Both the position numbers and the translations under genes were made by a program. Below, one piece after another: positions 54,054 through 62,821 of a stretch of DNA of 64,000 nt. The stretch is from an uncultured Gemmatimonadaceae bacterium (lineage in GTDB: Bacteria; Gemmatimonadota; Gemmatimonadetes; Gemmatimonadales; Gemmatimonadaceae), in contig CAZICQ010000015.1 of assembly GCA_964537775.1 (NCBI GenBank), positions 5,935 to 69,934 on the forward strand, given 5' to 3'. Position 1 is the first letter of the stretch, and the number at the start of each line of letters is the position of its first letter. Below the pieces are notes generated by a model, which had not been told where the DNA came from, did no database searches, and saw nothing but the letters and a program-made list of their open reading frames with translations.

Positions 54054-55388
54054 CTAGTCGGGACGTGGCCGCGGCGGCCGGCGCCGCCGGCGGCCACGTC
54101 CGGCGGCTCTGCCGCCGTCCGCCGACGGCCGCAACGGGGCCGAGGCCGCAGCGCGCGCCCGCCCATCTTCCTTCGCTCTCGCGCGCGCCCGATCCTCGGC
54201 GCGCTTGGAGCGAATCGCCGCGATCCGCTCCGCGAGCGGCACCTCGAGCTTCGCCGACAGACGCGCGCTGTAGTCGAAGTCCGGCAGCGTGACGCGCGGC
54301 AGCGGCTTCCCGACAGCGCGCTCGATGGCGCGCAGCTCCGCCGATTCCTCCGGCGCCACGAAGGTGAACGCGTCTCCCGTCATTTCCGCCCGCGCCGTGC
54401 GGCCAACGCGATGGATGTAATCCTCCGGCTGCCCGGGAACGTCGAAGTTCACGACGTGACCGAGCGCTTCGACGTCGATGCCGCGCGCGGCGATGTCCGT
54501 GGCGACGAGCACGCGATACCGGCCGCTCTTGAATCCCTCCAGCGCGTCGGTGCGTTGCGTCTGCGACCGGTTGCCATGAATGCGCGCCGCCTGGATTCCT
54601 CGTTTGGCAAGGAATTCCCAGAGTCGGTTCGCCCGGTGCTTCGTGCGGGTGAACACCAGCGCCTCGTGCATGATGTCCCGCTGCAGCAGCGTGAGCAGGA
54701 GCATCGACTTCAGCTCCTGTGGCACCGGATACACCGCCTGCGTGATTCCCACCGCCGGCGTCGACCGCCGCTCGAGATTGATCGTCGACGGCTCGTGCAG
54801 CATCTCCCGCGTCAGCTCCAGGATCGGCGCGGGCATCGTCGCGCTGAAGAACAGCGTCTGCCGCTTCGCCGGCAGGTGGCGCAGGACGCGACGGATGTCG
54901 GGCAGAAAGCCCATGTCGAGCATCCGGTCGGCCTCGTCGAGCACCAGGTACTCGATGCGGTCGAGCCTTGCGTACGGCTGCTTCAGATGATCGAGCAGCC
55001 GCCCCGGCGTCGCGACGATGACGTCGACGCCGCTGCGGAACGCGTGCTCCTGCGGACCCATTCCGACGCCGCCGAACACCGCGGCCGCCGTGATCGGCGT
55101 GTGCACCGCGAGCTGCTCGAGCTCCTGGAGAATCTGCGCCGCCAGCTCGCGCGTCGGCGCGAGAACGAGCGCGCGCGTGGTGCCGCGCGGCCGTTGCAGC
55201 AGCTTCTCGAGAATCGGCAGCAGAAAAGCCGCCGTCTTGCCGCTGCCCGTCATCGCGCACGCCAGCACGTCTCGGCCGGCGAGCGCCGGTGGAATGGCAT
55301 CGGCCTGGATCGGCGTCGGACGCGTGAAGCCGAGCTCCTTCACGCCTCGGAGCAGACTCGGGTGAAGCTTCAGTGAACCGAAGCTCAC
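54054..55388 (-). CDS. DEAD-box ATP-dependent RNA helicase (RhlE-like) with an Arg-rich C-terminal tail
   Basis: GTG at 55388 (VSFGSLKLHP). Q-motif GFTRPTPIQ, AMTGSGKTAAF, DEAD (LVLDEADRM), SAT, ARGID, HRVGRTAR. Confidence 0.92.
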   Translation of the reverse strand: MSFGSLKLHPSLLRGVKELGFTRPTPIQADAIPPALAGRDVLACAMTGSGKTAAFLLPILEKLLQRPRGTTRALVLAPTRELAAQILQELEQLAVHTPITAAAVFGGVGMGPQEHAFRSGVDVIVATPGRLLDHLKQPYARLDRIEYLVLDEADRMLDMGFLPDIRRVLRHLPAKRQTLFFSATMPAPILELTREMLHEPSTINLERRSTPAVGITQAVYPVPQELKSMLLLTLLQRDIMHEALVFTRTKHRANRLWEFLAKRGIQAARIHGNRSQTQRTDALEGFKSGRYRVLVATDIAARGIDVEALGHVVNFDVPGQPEDYIHRVGRTARAEMTGDAFTFVAPEESAELRAIERAVGKPLPRVTLPDFDYSARLSAKLEVPLAERIAAIRSKRAEDRARARAKEDGRARAAASAPLRPSADGGRAAGRGRRRRRPPRPRPD

Positions 55389-55466
55389 AGTATGACCGAA
55401 GAAGGTATGGACATGTCTCAGGAAGCTAGAGTGGCCAGCGAGCCAGGCACAGCCTTCATCCGTGCG

Positions 55467-55501
55467 CCGACTACCGACTGCCGACTGTCGACTGTCGACT
55501 G
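55467..55501. repeat. Solo heptad array, five tandem units (C/T)CGACT(A/G)
   Basis: ccgacta ccgactg ccgactg tcgactg tcgactg. This is the same unit and polarity as the right arms of elements A and B. No matching left arm or 13-nt core occurs within 100 nt. Confidence 0.85.
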
Positions 55502-55504
55502 CCC

Positions 55505-55837
55505 TTGCCCTTCGCCCCCTCGACGCGGATACTGGCCATCGTGTTCCTGCGCATCTGGAGACTGCGTCCCGCACTCGGTCGCGACGGCGACTTCCGCGGC
55601 GTCTACGGTCCCGGCGGTGACTGGGCGCGCCTGTTCGCGCTGGCCCCGGGATTTCTTGGCACCGTGTTGCTGCGCGGGGGCGACGATTCTCCCGACTACC
55701 TCACCGTCGATCGCTGGGAGTCGGCGCAGGCCTGGCGCGACTTCCGCGAACGGCACGCGATCGCGTACGAGGCCCTGGACCGTCGCTGCGACGAGCTGAC
55801 GTCGTTCGAGGAGCAGGTGGGTGAGTACGACGACTGA
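55505..55837 (+). CDS. Antibiotic-biosynthesis-monooxygenase (ABM/Dabb)-like small protein
   Basis: 110 aa, TTG start per the track (uncertain). The pattern LTVDRWESAQAWRDFRERH is typical of the ABM fold. Confidence 0.55.
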   Translation: MPFAPSTRILAIVFLRIWRLRPALGRDGDFRGVYGPGGDWARLFALAPGFLGTVLLRGGDDSPDYLTVDRWESAQAWRDFRERHAIAYEALDRRCDELTSFEEQVGEYDD

Positions 55838-56426
55838 CGCGCTGCGGCGGTGTACGTGGGCGCGTTCCGAGCTGGAGATCGAGTATCACGATCGGGAGTG
55901 GGGCGTGCCGCAGCACGACGACACTCGACTGTTCGAGCTGCTTGTGCTCGAAGGCGCGCAGGCTGGGTTGAGCTGGTCCACCATTCTCCGCAAGCGCGAC
56001 AACTACCGTCGGGCCTTCGCCGACTTCGATCCGGCGCGCGTCGCCCGCTTCACTCCAAAGCAAATCGAACGGCTCATGTCGGACGACGGCATCGTCCGCA
56101 ACCGCCTCAAGATTCAGAGCGCCATCCGCAATGCCAGAGTGTTTCGAGATGTGCAGGCGGAATTCGGCAGCTTCGACAACTATTTGTGGAGCTTCGTGGG
56201 CGGCGAGCCGCGGCGAAACGCGTGGGCTGATCTGCGGGAGGTTCCGCCGCGCACGGCGCTGTCGGATCGCCTGAGCAAGGAGCTGCGCCGCCGCGGCTTC
56301 AACTTCGTGGGATCCACGATCTGCTATGCGTTCATGCAAGCGGTCGGGATGGTGAACGATCACCTTGTCGACTGCTACCGTCACGACCAAATCGGAGGGA
56401 AGGTGAATGATCGGACGCGCGCCTAA
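55821..56426 (+). CDS. tag: DNA-3-methyladenine glycosylase I
   Basis: Family signature CTWARSELEIEYHDREWGVPQHDDTRLFELLVLEGAQAGLSWSTILRKR, plus the C-terminal zinc ligands (H..C) in VNDHLVDCYRH. Confidence 0.92.
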   Translation: MSTTTDALRRCTWARSELEIEYHDREWGVPQHDDTRLFELLVLEGAQAGLSWSTILRKRDNYRRAFADFDPARVARFTPKQIERLMSDDGIVRNRLKIQSAIRNARVFRDVQAEFGSFDNYLWSFVGGEPRRNAWADLREVPPRTALSDRLSKELRRRGFNFVGSTICYAFMQAVGMVNDHLVDCYRHDQIGGKVNDRTRA

Positions 56427-56862
56427 CATACTCGTGTTCGCGCTCGCTGTGCTTGCCTCGTCAACCGGCTGCCGCCACGCCGCCCCGCAGGTCGCGCCCG
56501 TGACCGGCGCGTCCGAGCATGTGACGCTGGCGCGCATCTATTACTGGCGCGCGCGCCCCGGTCAGTTCGACAGCTACACGCGGTACGTGCGTGACGTGGC
56601 GGAGCCGATCGACCACGAAGCCCAACGCGCCGGAGCGTTCATGAGCATCACCACCTTCATCACGCGCGACGCGAGCAGCCCGTGGTCTCACATGCGGGTG
56701 TTCCTCCTGCGCGACTCTACCCAGCTCGCCGGTCTCGGTGCCGCGCTCGATGCAGCGGGCGTGCGCGTGCAGCCGGACTCGATCAAGCGGAAGGCGCAGT
56801 CCGATTACGCCGCCACGCTGCGCGACCGCGTTGGCGATGCGACCGTCGAGGTGCTCCCGTGA
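56407..56862 (+). CDS. Lipoprotein of unknown function
   Basis: Signal plus lipobox MIGRAPNILVFALAVLASSTGC. Overlaps the tag 3' end by 20 nt. Confidence 0.6.
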   Translation: MIGRAPNILVFALAVLASSTGCRHAAPQVAPVTGASEHVTLARIYYWRARPGQFDSYTRYVRDVAEPIDHEAQRAGAFMSITTFITRDASSPWSHMRVFLLRDSTQLAGLGAALDAAGVRVQPDSIKRKAQSDYAATLRDRVGDATVEVLP

Positions 56863-57092
56863 TGACCGCGGGCGTGCGCACGAGCATTCTGGCGTGGAGC
56901 ACCTTCTCCGGAGCGCTGCTCGGATTTTTCGCCGGCATTCTGCTCGTCGCCCTCGGCTACGCCGCCCTTCAGCTGCTGCAGCCGCGCTCGGAGTTGGCTT
57001 GGCTCCGCGTTGCGGCCGTCGTGTGCCTCCTGCTCTTCCCGGTGGCCGGAGCCGTCCTCGGATTTCTCGAAGGACGGCTCAAGCTCTTGTGA
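56862..57092 (+). CDS. Small two-TM membrane protein (76 aa)
   Basis: The ATG shares 1 nt with the preceding TGA (TGATG at 56860-56864). Two hydrophobic helices. Confidence 0.5.
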   Translation: MTAGVRTSILAWSTFSGALLGFFAGILLVALGYAALQLLQPRSELAWLRVAAVVCLLLFPVAGAVLGFLEGRLKLL

Positions 57093-57665
57093 TCACCAGA
57101 TGCTGGCCCGCTTCGCCCACGAACTGTTCTGGTATCGTTGCTTGAATGCGCGTCCGAGCTCCTGGAGCGCCGCCACTTCGTGGCTGCCGCTGTAGCGAGC
57201 GACCCCGCTCCAGTACAGCGCTTCCGGCGCGGCATCGGTGTTCGGCAGCTGATCCACGATTTGCTTGTACCACTCCTCCGCTTCCGACCAGGCCTTGCGG
57301 TCCACTGCCAGGTCGCCCGCCGCGAGCTCGAGCTGCGCTAGAAACTCATCGATAGGGAGAAAACCCTCGACCCGCCGCACTTCCTTTCCATTCGCATCCA
57401 ACACGAGCACCGTTGGCGTCCAGCGCACGTCGAAGCGGTGCCACATCGTGGGCTGCTCCTTGATGTGAATGCGCACGGGCACGAACTGCTCGCGAACGAA
57501 CGCGGCCACGCGCGGATGCGGATACACCTCGGCTTCCAGCCGAGCACAACCCCCTCAGGCAGGAGCGGCGGTGAAGTCGAGGAGGAGCGGACGTTTCGTG
57601 CTCTTCGCGTCAGCCAGGGCGGCGTCGACGTCCTTGCGCCACGGAATCTCGTCGTTCTTCGGCAT
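57093..57665 (-). CDS. Thioredoxin-fold protein with in-frame TGA at the first redox position (candidate selenoprotein, U-G-G-C motif), 190 aa if read through
   Basis: Track ORFs 57555..57971(-) and 57093..57527(-) are in the same frame. Translation from the ATG at 57665 gives MPKNDEIPWRKDVDAALADAKSTKRPLLLDFTAAPA-TGA-GGCARLEAEVYPHPRVAAFVREQFVPVRIH...WTPTVLVLDANGKE.... The TGA is at 57557-57555. Confidence 0.65.
57528..57544 (-). promoter_or_regulatory. SECIS-like hairpin CUCGGCU-GGA-AGCCGAG starting 10 nt 3' of the in-frame UGA
   Basis: Perfect 7-bp stem read directly, with a G-rich apical loop. The spacing resembles the ~11-nt spacing of the minimal E. coli fdhF SECIS. Confidence 0.5.
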
Positions 57666-57736
57666 TGGTCTCTCGCGGTTGAGCTTGCGGCCGAGCTGTC
57701 GCACACCTCGTTCCACTGGGCACACCCCGCGGTCCC

Positions 57737-58915
57737 TCAGCTCGAAAAGTAAGCGGCGTTCTCCTTGATGTAGCCTTCCGTGAGATCGCAGCCGTACGCG
57801 GTCGCCGTTCCGTCGCCCACGCCGAGCGTCACGATCAGATCCACCGCGGTCGCCCCGAGCGCCGTGCGCACGACTGTCTCGTCGAAGTCGAGCCGCTGTC
57901 CTCCGCCCACTACGGCGTGGCCATTGATCCACGCGTCGGTGCGCGACGGCTCGATGACGCAGTCGAAGCATTTGCCGACAGCCATCAGCAGCCGGCCGAC
58001 GTTCGGATCGGCGCCGTGCACCATCGTCTTTACGAGGGGCGAGTTGACGATCGACTTCGCGACCCGGCGCGCCTCGTCGTCGTTCCGTGCGCCGCGGACG
58101 GTCGCGCGGATGAGATGCGTCGCTCCTTCACCGTCGCTCGCGAGCGTCTCCGTCATCCGGATGCAGCCGGACGTGAGTGCGTCCAGAAACGCCGCCTCGT
58201 CGACCGCGCCAGCGAAACCGTTGGCGAGGATGGCGCAGGTGTCGGACGTGCTGGTGTCGCTGTCCACCGACAGCATGTTGAACGACCGATGCACTGCGTA
58301 CCGCAGCATGCGGTTCAGCGTATCCGCGTCCAACGCCGCATCCGTGAACACGTAAGCGAGCATCGTCGCCATGTTCGGCTCCACCATGCCCGACCCCTTG
58401 GCAACCCACGTGATCGTGGCGTTGCCCACGGAGCACGACGCCGCTTTCGGAAAGCTGTCCGTCGTCATGATGCCCTCGGCGCCAACGAGCGGATCGTCCT
58501 GGAGCTCGCGCGCGATGCCCGTGAGCCCGCGCTCGATCGTCTCGATGGGCAGCCGCACGCCGATGACGCCCGTCGAGCTCACGAGGACGCGATTCTCGGT
58601 CGTGCCCAGCTCCTTGGCCGCCGCAGCCGCCATGCGGCGCGCGTGCTCCACGCCGGCGGTGCCCGTGGCCACGTTACTGAATCTGCTGTTCGCCACGATG
58701 CCGCGCAGCCGCACCCCCCCACCCCCTCCGGCGCGAATCGTCTCCCGTCCCAGAATCACCGGTGCGCCGGGGAAGTGATTACGCGTGAACACCGCGGCGG
58801 CGGCGGCGTCCACGTCGCTGGCGAACAGAGCGACATCCTTCGCCGTCGGCTTGAGACCCACGTTGCGGCTCGCGCAGCGGAAGCCGCGCGGAAGGCGCGG
58901 GCGTTCGTGAAACAT
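57737..58915 (-). CDS. argJ: Bifunctional ornithine acetyltransferase / N-acetylglutamate synthase ArgJ
   Basis: 392 aa. Autoprocessing site PNMATMLAYVFTDA and the C-terminal GCDLTEGYIKENAAYFS. Confidence 0.92.
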   Translation of the reverse strand: MFHERPRLPRGFRCASRNVGLKPTAKDVALFASDVDAAAAAVFTRNHFPGAPVILGRETIRAGGGGGVRLRGIVANSRFSNVATGTAGVEHARRMAAAAAKELGTTENRVLVSSTGVIGVRLPIETIERGLTGIARELQDDPLVGAEGIMTTDSFPKAASCSVGNATITWVAKGSGMVEPNMATMLAYVFTDAALDADTLNRMLRYAVHRSFNMLSVDSDTSTSDTCAILANGFAGAVDEAAFLDALTSGCIRMTETLASDGEGATHLIRATVRGARNDDEARRVAKSIVNSPLVKTMVHGADPNVGRLLMAVGKCFDCVIEPSRTDAWINGHAVVGGGQRLDFDETVVRTALGATAVDLIVTLGVGDGTATAYGCDLTEGYIKENAAYFSS

Positions 58916-58940
58916 CGAAGGCGTTAGGACGATCGCCAGC

Positions 58941-60632
58941 TCACTTGGCCGCGCTCTCCGCCATCTTCAACGCAGCATACGCGTTCACGATGCCTCCGGT
59001 CGACGAGAGCGTGCCGAACGGAACGTGCGTCCCCTGAGAGCCCGGCCGTACGACCTCGCGGTCTGCATAACGAGTCGCCGAAGCCAGGATGATGCGCTTC
59101 AGATCGGCGGCGCTGAGATTGGGATAATAATCCAGCAGGAGCGCCGCCAGCCCCGTCACCACAGGAGCCGCCATGCTCGTACCGCTGTCCCGCTCGTACC
59201 GGTTGCCCGGTACCGTGGACAGGATGTCCATGCCCGGCGCGAAGACGTCCACGCGGTCGTGGCCATAGTTCGAGAACGGCGCGGCCAGGCTGTCGGCGTC
59301 CTTCCACGATGACGCACCCACCTCGATCCAGTTCTGCGCCCGCCCGCCGTCGAGATAGACCTGGTTGGGGAAGTTCGGCAGGCTGTCGTTGTTCTGACCG
59401 TCGTTGCCGGCCGCGTGAATCATCAGCACGCCGTGCGCGTCGGCGTACTTCACCGCGTCGTCCACCGCGCGCTTCTGCGGTGAATAGGCCTTGCCGAAGC
59501 TCATGTTGATGACGCGGGCGCCGGCGTCCACCGCATAACGAATGGCGTTGGCGACATCCTTGTCGCGCTCGTCGCCATCCGGAATCGCGCGCACCATCAT
59601 GAGCCGCACCGACGGTGCGATCCCCTGGATGCCCACCGCGCTGTCGCGCACCGCGCCGATGATCCCGCCAACGTGTGATCCGTGCTTCGCGTCCGGTCCC
59701 ATCACGTCTGGATTGCCGTAGAAGCGCTGCGACGTGTTCCCGGGATCGTCGCCCACGATCGGCCGCGGGTTGTAGTCGGGATTGAACGCGTAATCGAGAC
59801 GCGCCTGGAGCTCCTCCCGTGCGTCGTACACCTCGTGCGGCATGATCCCGTTGGCGGCGAGCTGGAGATAGACCTGCCGCGCCGCTTGCACCTCTGGGCT
59901 TGTGGCGCGCAACGCTTGCACTCTGTCTGTCGTCAGCGAGTCGCCCACCGCAGCCTTCAACACCGGAAGGGCTCTGTCGAGGACCGCCGCGATCTCCTTC
60001 ACGCGCGGCAGCTCCTGCTCGGCCTCGCCGCGCTTCTTCTGATAGTCCTGCTGGATCTGCGGGCAGCGCTGGCGATCCGCGGTCGACAGGGAGTCCGTGC
60101 CCGCCGCGGCGCCGTGACCGGTACACTTCGCGTACAGCCGCGTCACCTCTTCCGTCTCCCAGTGGATGTCGCGGCCATCCTTGCCGCCGATGAAGTTCCA
60201 TCCACGCACGTCGTCCACGTATCCATTGGCGTCGTCATCCTTCCCGTTGCCCGGCACCTCCCGTGGATTCAGCCACAGATTCGGTCGCAGATCCGCGTGC
60301 GCGGTGTCGATGCCGCCGTCGATGACGGCGACGAGCACCGTCTGCTTCGGGCTCTTGCCGGCCAGCAGCTCTCGTTGCGCGCGATCGAGGCTGATGCCGG
60401 GCACGCGATCGGTCGTGGCGTCGAGGAGCTGCCAGTTGCTCGGCAGGTCGGACACAGAGCGTGGCGCGTGCGCAGCCGTGCGTGACGGCGACGCTGCTCC
60501 CGCTGCCGGTCCCGGCGCAACGACAGGCGCACCGGGCGACGCGACCGTAGACGAGGCCGGACGAACACAGGCGCCGGCGCCGAACGCGACGAGACCGGCC
60601 GCCAGCACGCGCGGCGTAGCGAGTAAATGCAT
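58941..60632 (-). CDS. Secreted S8-family (subtilisin-like) serine peptidase
   Basis: ATG at 60632 (MHLLATPRVLAAGLVAFGAGAC). Catalytic triad blocks VAVIDGGID, HGSHVGGIIGA, SGTSMAAPVVTG. Confidence 0.88.
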   Translation of the reverse strand: MHLLATPRVLAAGLVAFGAGACVRPASSTVASPGAPVVAPGPAAGAASPSRTAAHAPRSVSDLPSNWQLLDATTDRVPGISLDRAQRELLAGKSPKQTVLVAVIDGGIDTAHADLRPNLWLNPREVPGNGKDDDANGYVDDVRGWNFIGGKDGRDIHWETEEVTRLYAKCTGHGAAAGTDSLSTADRQRCPQIQQDYQKKRGEAEQELPRVKEIAAVLDRALPVLKAAVGDSLTTDRVQALRATSPEVQAARQVYLQLAANGIMPHEVYDAREELQARLDYAFNPDYNPRPIVGDDPGNTSQRFYGNPDVMGPDAKHGSHVGGIIGAVRDSAVGIQGIAPSVRLMMVRAIPDGDERDKDVANAIRYAVDAGARVINMSFGKAYSPQKRAVDDAVKYADAHGVLMIHAAGNDGQNNDSLPNFPNQVYLDGGRAQNWIEVGASSWKDADSLAAPFSNYGHDRVDVFAPGMDILSTVPGNRYERDSGTSMAAPVVTGLAALLLDYYPNLSAADLKRIILASATRYADREVVRPGSQGTHVPFGTLSSTGGIVNAYAALKMAESAAK

Positions 60633-60787
60633 GAATGGGCGTTGCAAAGGGTGACTGTAGCCCGCGCCTGCGGCCGATTCTAGCTTACTACACCGCAATC
60701 GCGCGGTCGGCGCACGGAATGTGCCGCATGTCCTTCGCCGGAGACGCGACGTCGCGCGCGGTTCACGTACGTCATGGAGGATTAAAT

Positions 60788-61210
60788 ATGGCACGAGGCG
60801 ACGGTCACGACCACGAGCACCGTCACGGACATGCCGGTCACGATCACGAAGAGGCTCAGGACCGGCTGCTCGAGTGCATCGAAGAATGTATGAACTGTCA
60901 CGTCGCCTGTACCATGACGGTGCAGCACTGCCTGGCGTCGGGCGGCGAGCTTGCTGATGTGAATCTCGTTGGCGTGTTGCTCGATTGCGCCGAGCTCTGT
61001 CAGGCGAGCGCGAACTTCATGCTGCGTGGCTCACCCTTCCATGCGCTCACCTGTGGCGCCTGCGCAGAGCTGTGTCGGAGCTGCGAGGAGCTGTGCCGCT
61101 CGGCCGGCGAAGGTGACGAGCAGCTCGTGCACTGCGCCGAGGTGTGCGCCACCTGCGCACAGCTCTGTGAGGCGATGGTGAGCATGGATGGTGACACCGA
61201 GGACGAGTAG
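60788..61210 (+). CDS. Cys-rich four-helix-bundle copper-binding protein (DUF326 / Csp-like) with a His-rich N-terminus
   Basis: ATG at 60788 with GGAGGA 8 nt upstream. 16 Cys by my count, in repeated CxxxC / CxxC-type spacings (ECIEECMNCHVAC, CGACAELCRSCEELC, HCAEVCATCAQLC). N-terminus MARGDGHDHEHRHGHAGHDHEE. Confidence 0.8.
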   Translation: MARGDGHDHEHRHGHAGHDHEEAQDRLLECIEECMNCHVACTMTVQHCLASGGELADVNLVGVLLDCAELCQASANFMLRGSPFHALTCGACAELCRSCEELCRSAGEGDEQLVHCAEVCATCAQLCEAMVSMDGDTEDE

Positions 61211-61288
61211 CTGCTCTTGTCGCCGCTCTTGACGAATCGCCGCGTCCGGTCAGTGTTGAGCGTCATCGGCGACGCGGAGGTGGCGACG

Positions 61289-61801
61289 ATGACGGAAGGA
61301 CAACAGTTCCTCGCGCTCTCGCGCTCCTTCCTGCGCGAGGAGTACCGCATCAAGCTGCGACGGTCGGTGGAAGCGATGCCCGAAGCGGTTCTGTGGTGGC
61401 GGGCGAATCCGCAGAGCAACAGTGTCGGCAATCTCCTACTGCATCTCGGCGGCAACGTGCGGCAGTGGATCGTCAGTGGCATCGGCGGCGCGCCCGACTC
61501 CCGTGACCGTGCGTCCGAGTTCTCGGCGCGCGAAGGCGCCACCGCCGTGCAACTGCTGGCGTACATCGAGACAGTCCTCGCGCAGGCCGATAAGGTGCTC
61601 GTCGAGCTCACGCCCGCCGATCTCCTCACCCGGCGCACCATTCAGGGGCGCGACGTCACCGTGCTCGAGGCCATCTACCAGGTGGTGCAACACTTCGCCA
61701 TGCACGTCGGACAGATCATTCTCATCGCGAAGGAGCATACGCCCGGCGCCGTGCGCTTCTACGAAGACGCCGGCGGACTGGCTCGACCTATCTGGAGGTA
61801 G
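61289..61801 (+). CDS. DinB-superfamily protein (DUF1572-like)
   Basis: ATG at 61289. Sequence NSVGNLLLHLGGNVRQWI ... VVQHFAMHVGQIILI contains the DinB-type His triad. Confidence 0.75.
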   Translation: MTEGQQFLALSRSFLREEYRIKLRRSVEAMPEAVLWWRANPQSNSVGNLLLHLGGNVRQWIVSGIGGAPDSRDRASEFSAREGATAVQLLAYIETVLAQADKVLVELTPADLLTRRTIQGRDVTVLEAIYQVVQHFAMHVGQIILIAKEHTPGAVRFYEDAGGLARPIWR

Positions 61802-61813
61802 AGAGCGACCCAC

Positions 61814-62548
61814 ATGACGACACGCCGCGAGTTCGTCGGCACCACCGGAGCATTGCTCGGCGCCGCGCTGCTGCCCGGCCGCGCCCTGCATAACGAGTCA
61901 CGCCGGCGTGGCGCGCCGGACGGATCAGTCGTGCTCTTCCAGGGCGACTCGATCACCGATGCCGGGCGCAATCGCACGATCGCCGATCCGAACAGCGCCG
62001 CCGCGCTCGGCACCGGCTATCCGTTGCTCGTCGCCTCGGCGGTACTGCACGCGCACCCGGAGGCCGGCTTCCGCTTCTTCAACCGCGGCGTGAGCGGCAA
62101 CAAGGTCCCTGACCTCGCCGCGCGCTGGGATGCCGACACACTGGCGCTCGCGCCCGACATTCTCAGCATTCTCATCGGCGTGAATGACATCTGGCACAAG
62201 TTGAATCATGCGTACGCGGGCACCGTGCAGGATTACGAGCAGGGCTACGATGCGCTGTTGGCGCGCACGCGCGAGGCGCGGCCGCGGCTCCGGCTGATCA
62301 TCCTCGAGCCGTTCGTGCTCCGAACCGGCGCCGTGAACGACCAGTGGTTTCCCGAGTTCGACGACCGCCGCGCAGCTGCCAAGCGGGTGGCGAGCCGCGC
62401 CGGCGCCACCTTCGTTCCGCTGCAGAGCATGTTCGACCGTTTGGCGGCGACGGCGGCGCCGCAGTACTGGGCCGCCGACGGCGTACATCCCACGCCGGCC
62501 GGCCACGAGGCCATCGCGGACGCATGGCGGAACGCCGCCGGTCTCTAA
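61814..62548 (+). CDS. SGNH/GDSL-family hydrolase with a Tat-like signal
   Basis: MTTRREFVGTTGALLGAALLPG twin-Arg-like signal. Block I LFQGDSITDAGR. C-terminal DGVHPTPAGHEAIA catalytic D..H block. Confidence 0.85.
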   Translation: MTTRREFVGTTGALLGAALLPGRALHNESRRRGAPDGSVVLFQGDSITDAGRNRTIADPNSAAALGTGYPLLVASAVLHAHPEAGFRFFNRGVSGNKVPDLAARWDADTLALAPDILSILIGVNDIWHKLNHAYAGTVQDYEQGYDALLARTREARPRLRLIILEPFVLRTGAVNDQWFPEFDDRRAAAKRVASRAGATFVPLQSMFDRLAATAAPQYWAADGVHPTPAGHEAIADAWRNAAGL

Positions 62549-62549
62549 G

Positions 62550-62795
62550 GTGACCGCGTCACCGCGACCCGAACGGTCGGAGGTGCGGCGGCGATTCCTG
62601 CAGCTCGTGCTCTCGGTTCTGATTTTCGACGCGGCCGTGATCGGCATGTGGTATGTCCTGCGCATCAGGGAAGCGCCGCCGCAGACGCAGCTCTATTTCG
62701 GATTTGGTTGGATGCTGTCGACGCTGCTCGTCGTCGGCATCGGACTGAAGCGCTTTCACGCGGCGAGGAGAGCGGCGCTCAGGTCGCGTCGCTGA
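62550..62795 (+). CDS. Small membrane protein (81 aa, two TM helices)
   Basis: GTG start 1 nt after the preceding TAA. Hydrophobic segments LQLVLSVLIFDAAVIGMWYVL and FGFGWMLSTLLVVGIGL. Confidence 0.5.
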   Translation: MTASPRPERSEVRRRFLQLVLSVLIFDAAVIGMWYVLRIREAPPQTQLYFGFGWMLSTLLVVGIGLKRFHAARRAALRSRR

Positions 62796-62821
62796 CATGC
62801 TTTTTGCCCCCCCAAGGGGCC

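Noticed and set aside
57093-57665. Alternative reading of the split thioredoxin-like gene as a pseudogene or as two independent small genes
   Set aside because: Not excluded, but judged less likely. The TGA falls exactly on the first CxxC position, the second Cys lies in the otherwise unused 27 nt, the downstream ORF alone would lack any redox motif, and a hairpin sits at SECIS distance. It is kept as the refutation scenario for the finding.
58924-60201. 425-aa same-strand alternative-frame ORF overlapping the S8 peptidase gene
   Set aside because: The S8 frame carries the complete Asp/His/Ser triad blocks, whereas the alternative frame is Arg/Gly-rich without motifs. It is a GC artefact.
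60745-60772. 12-bp perfect palindrome CGCGACGTCGCG and adjacent ACGTACGT upstream of the Csp-like gene, considered as a possible metal-regulator operator
   Set aside because: Short GC-rich palindromes are frequent by chance in this composition. There is no resemblance to CueR/CsoR/CopY operators as I remember them, and no regulator gene nearby.
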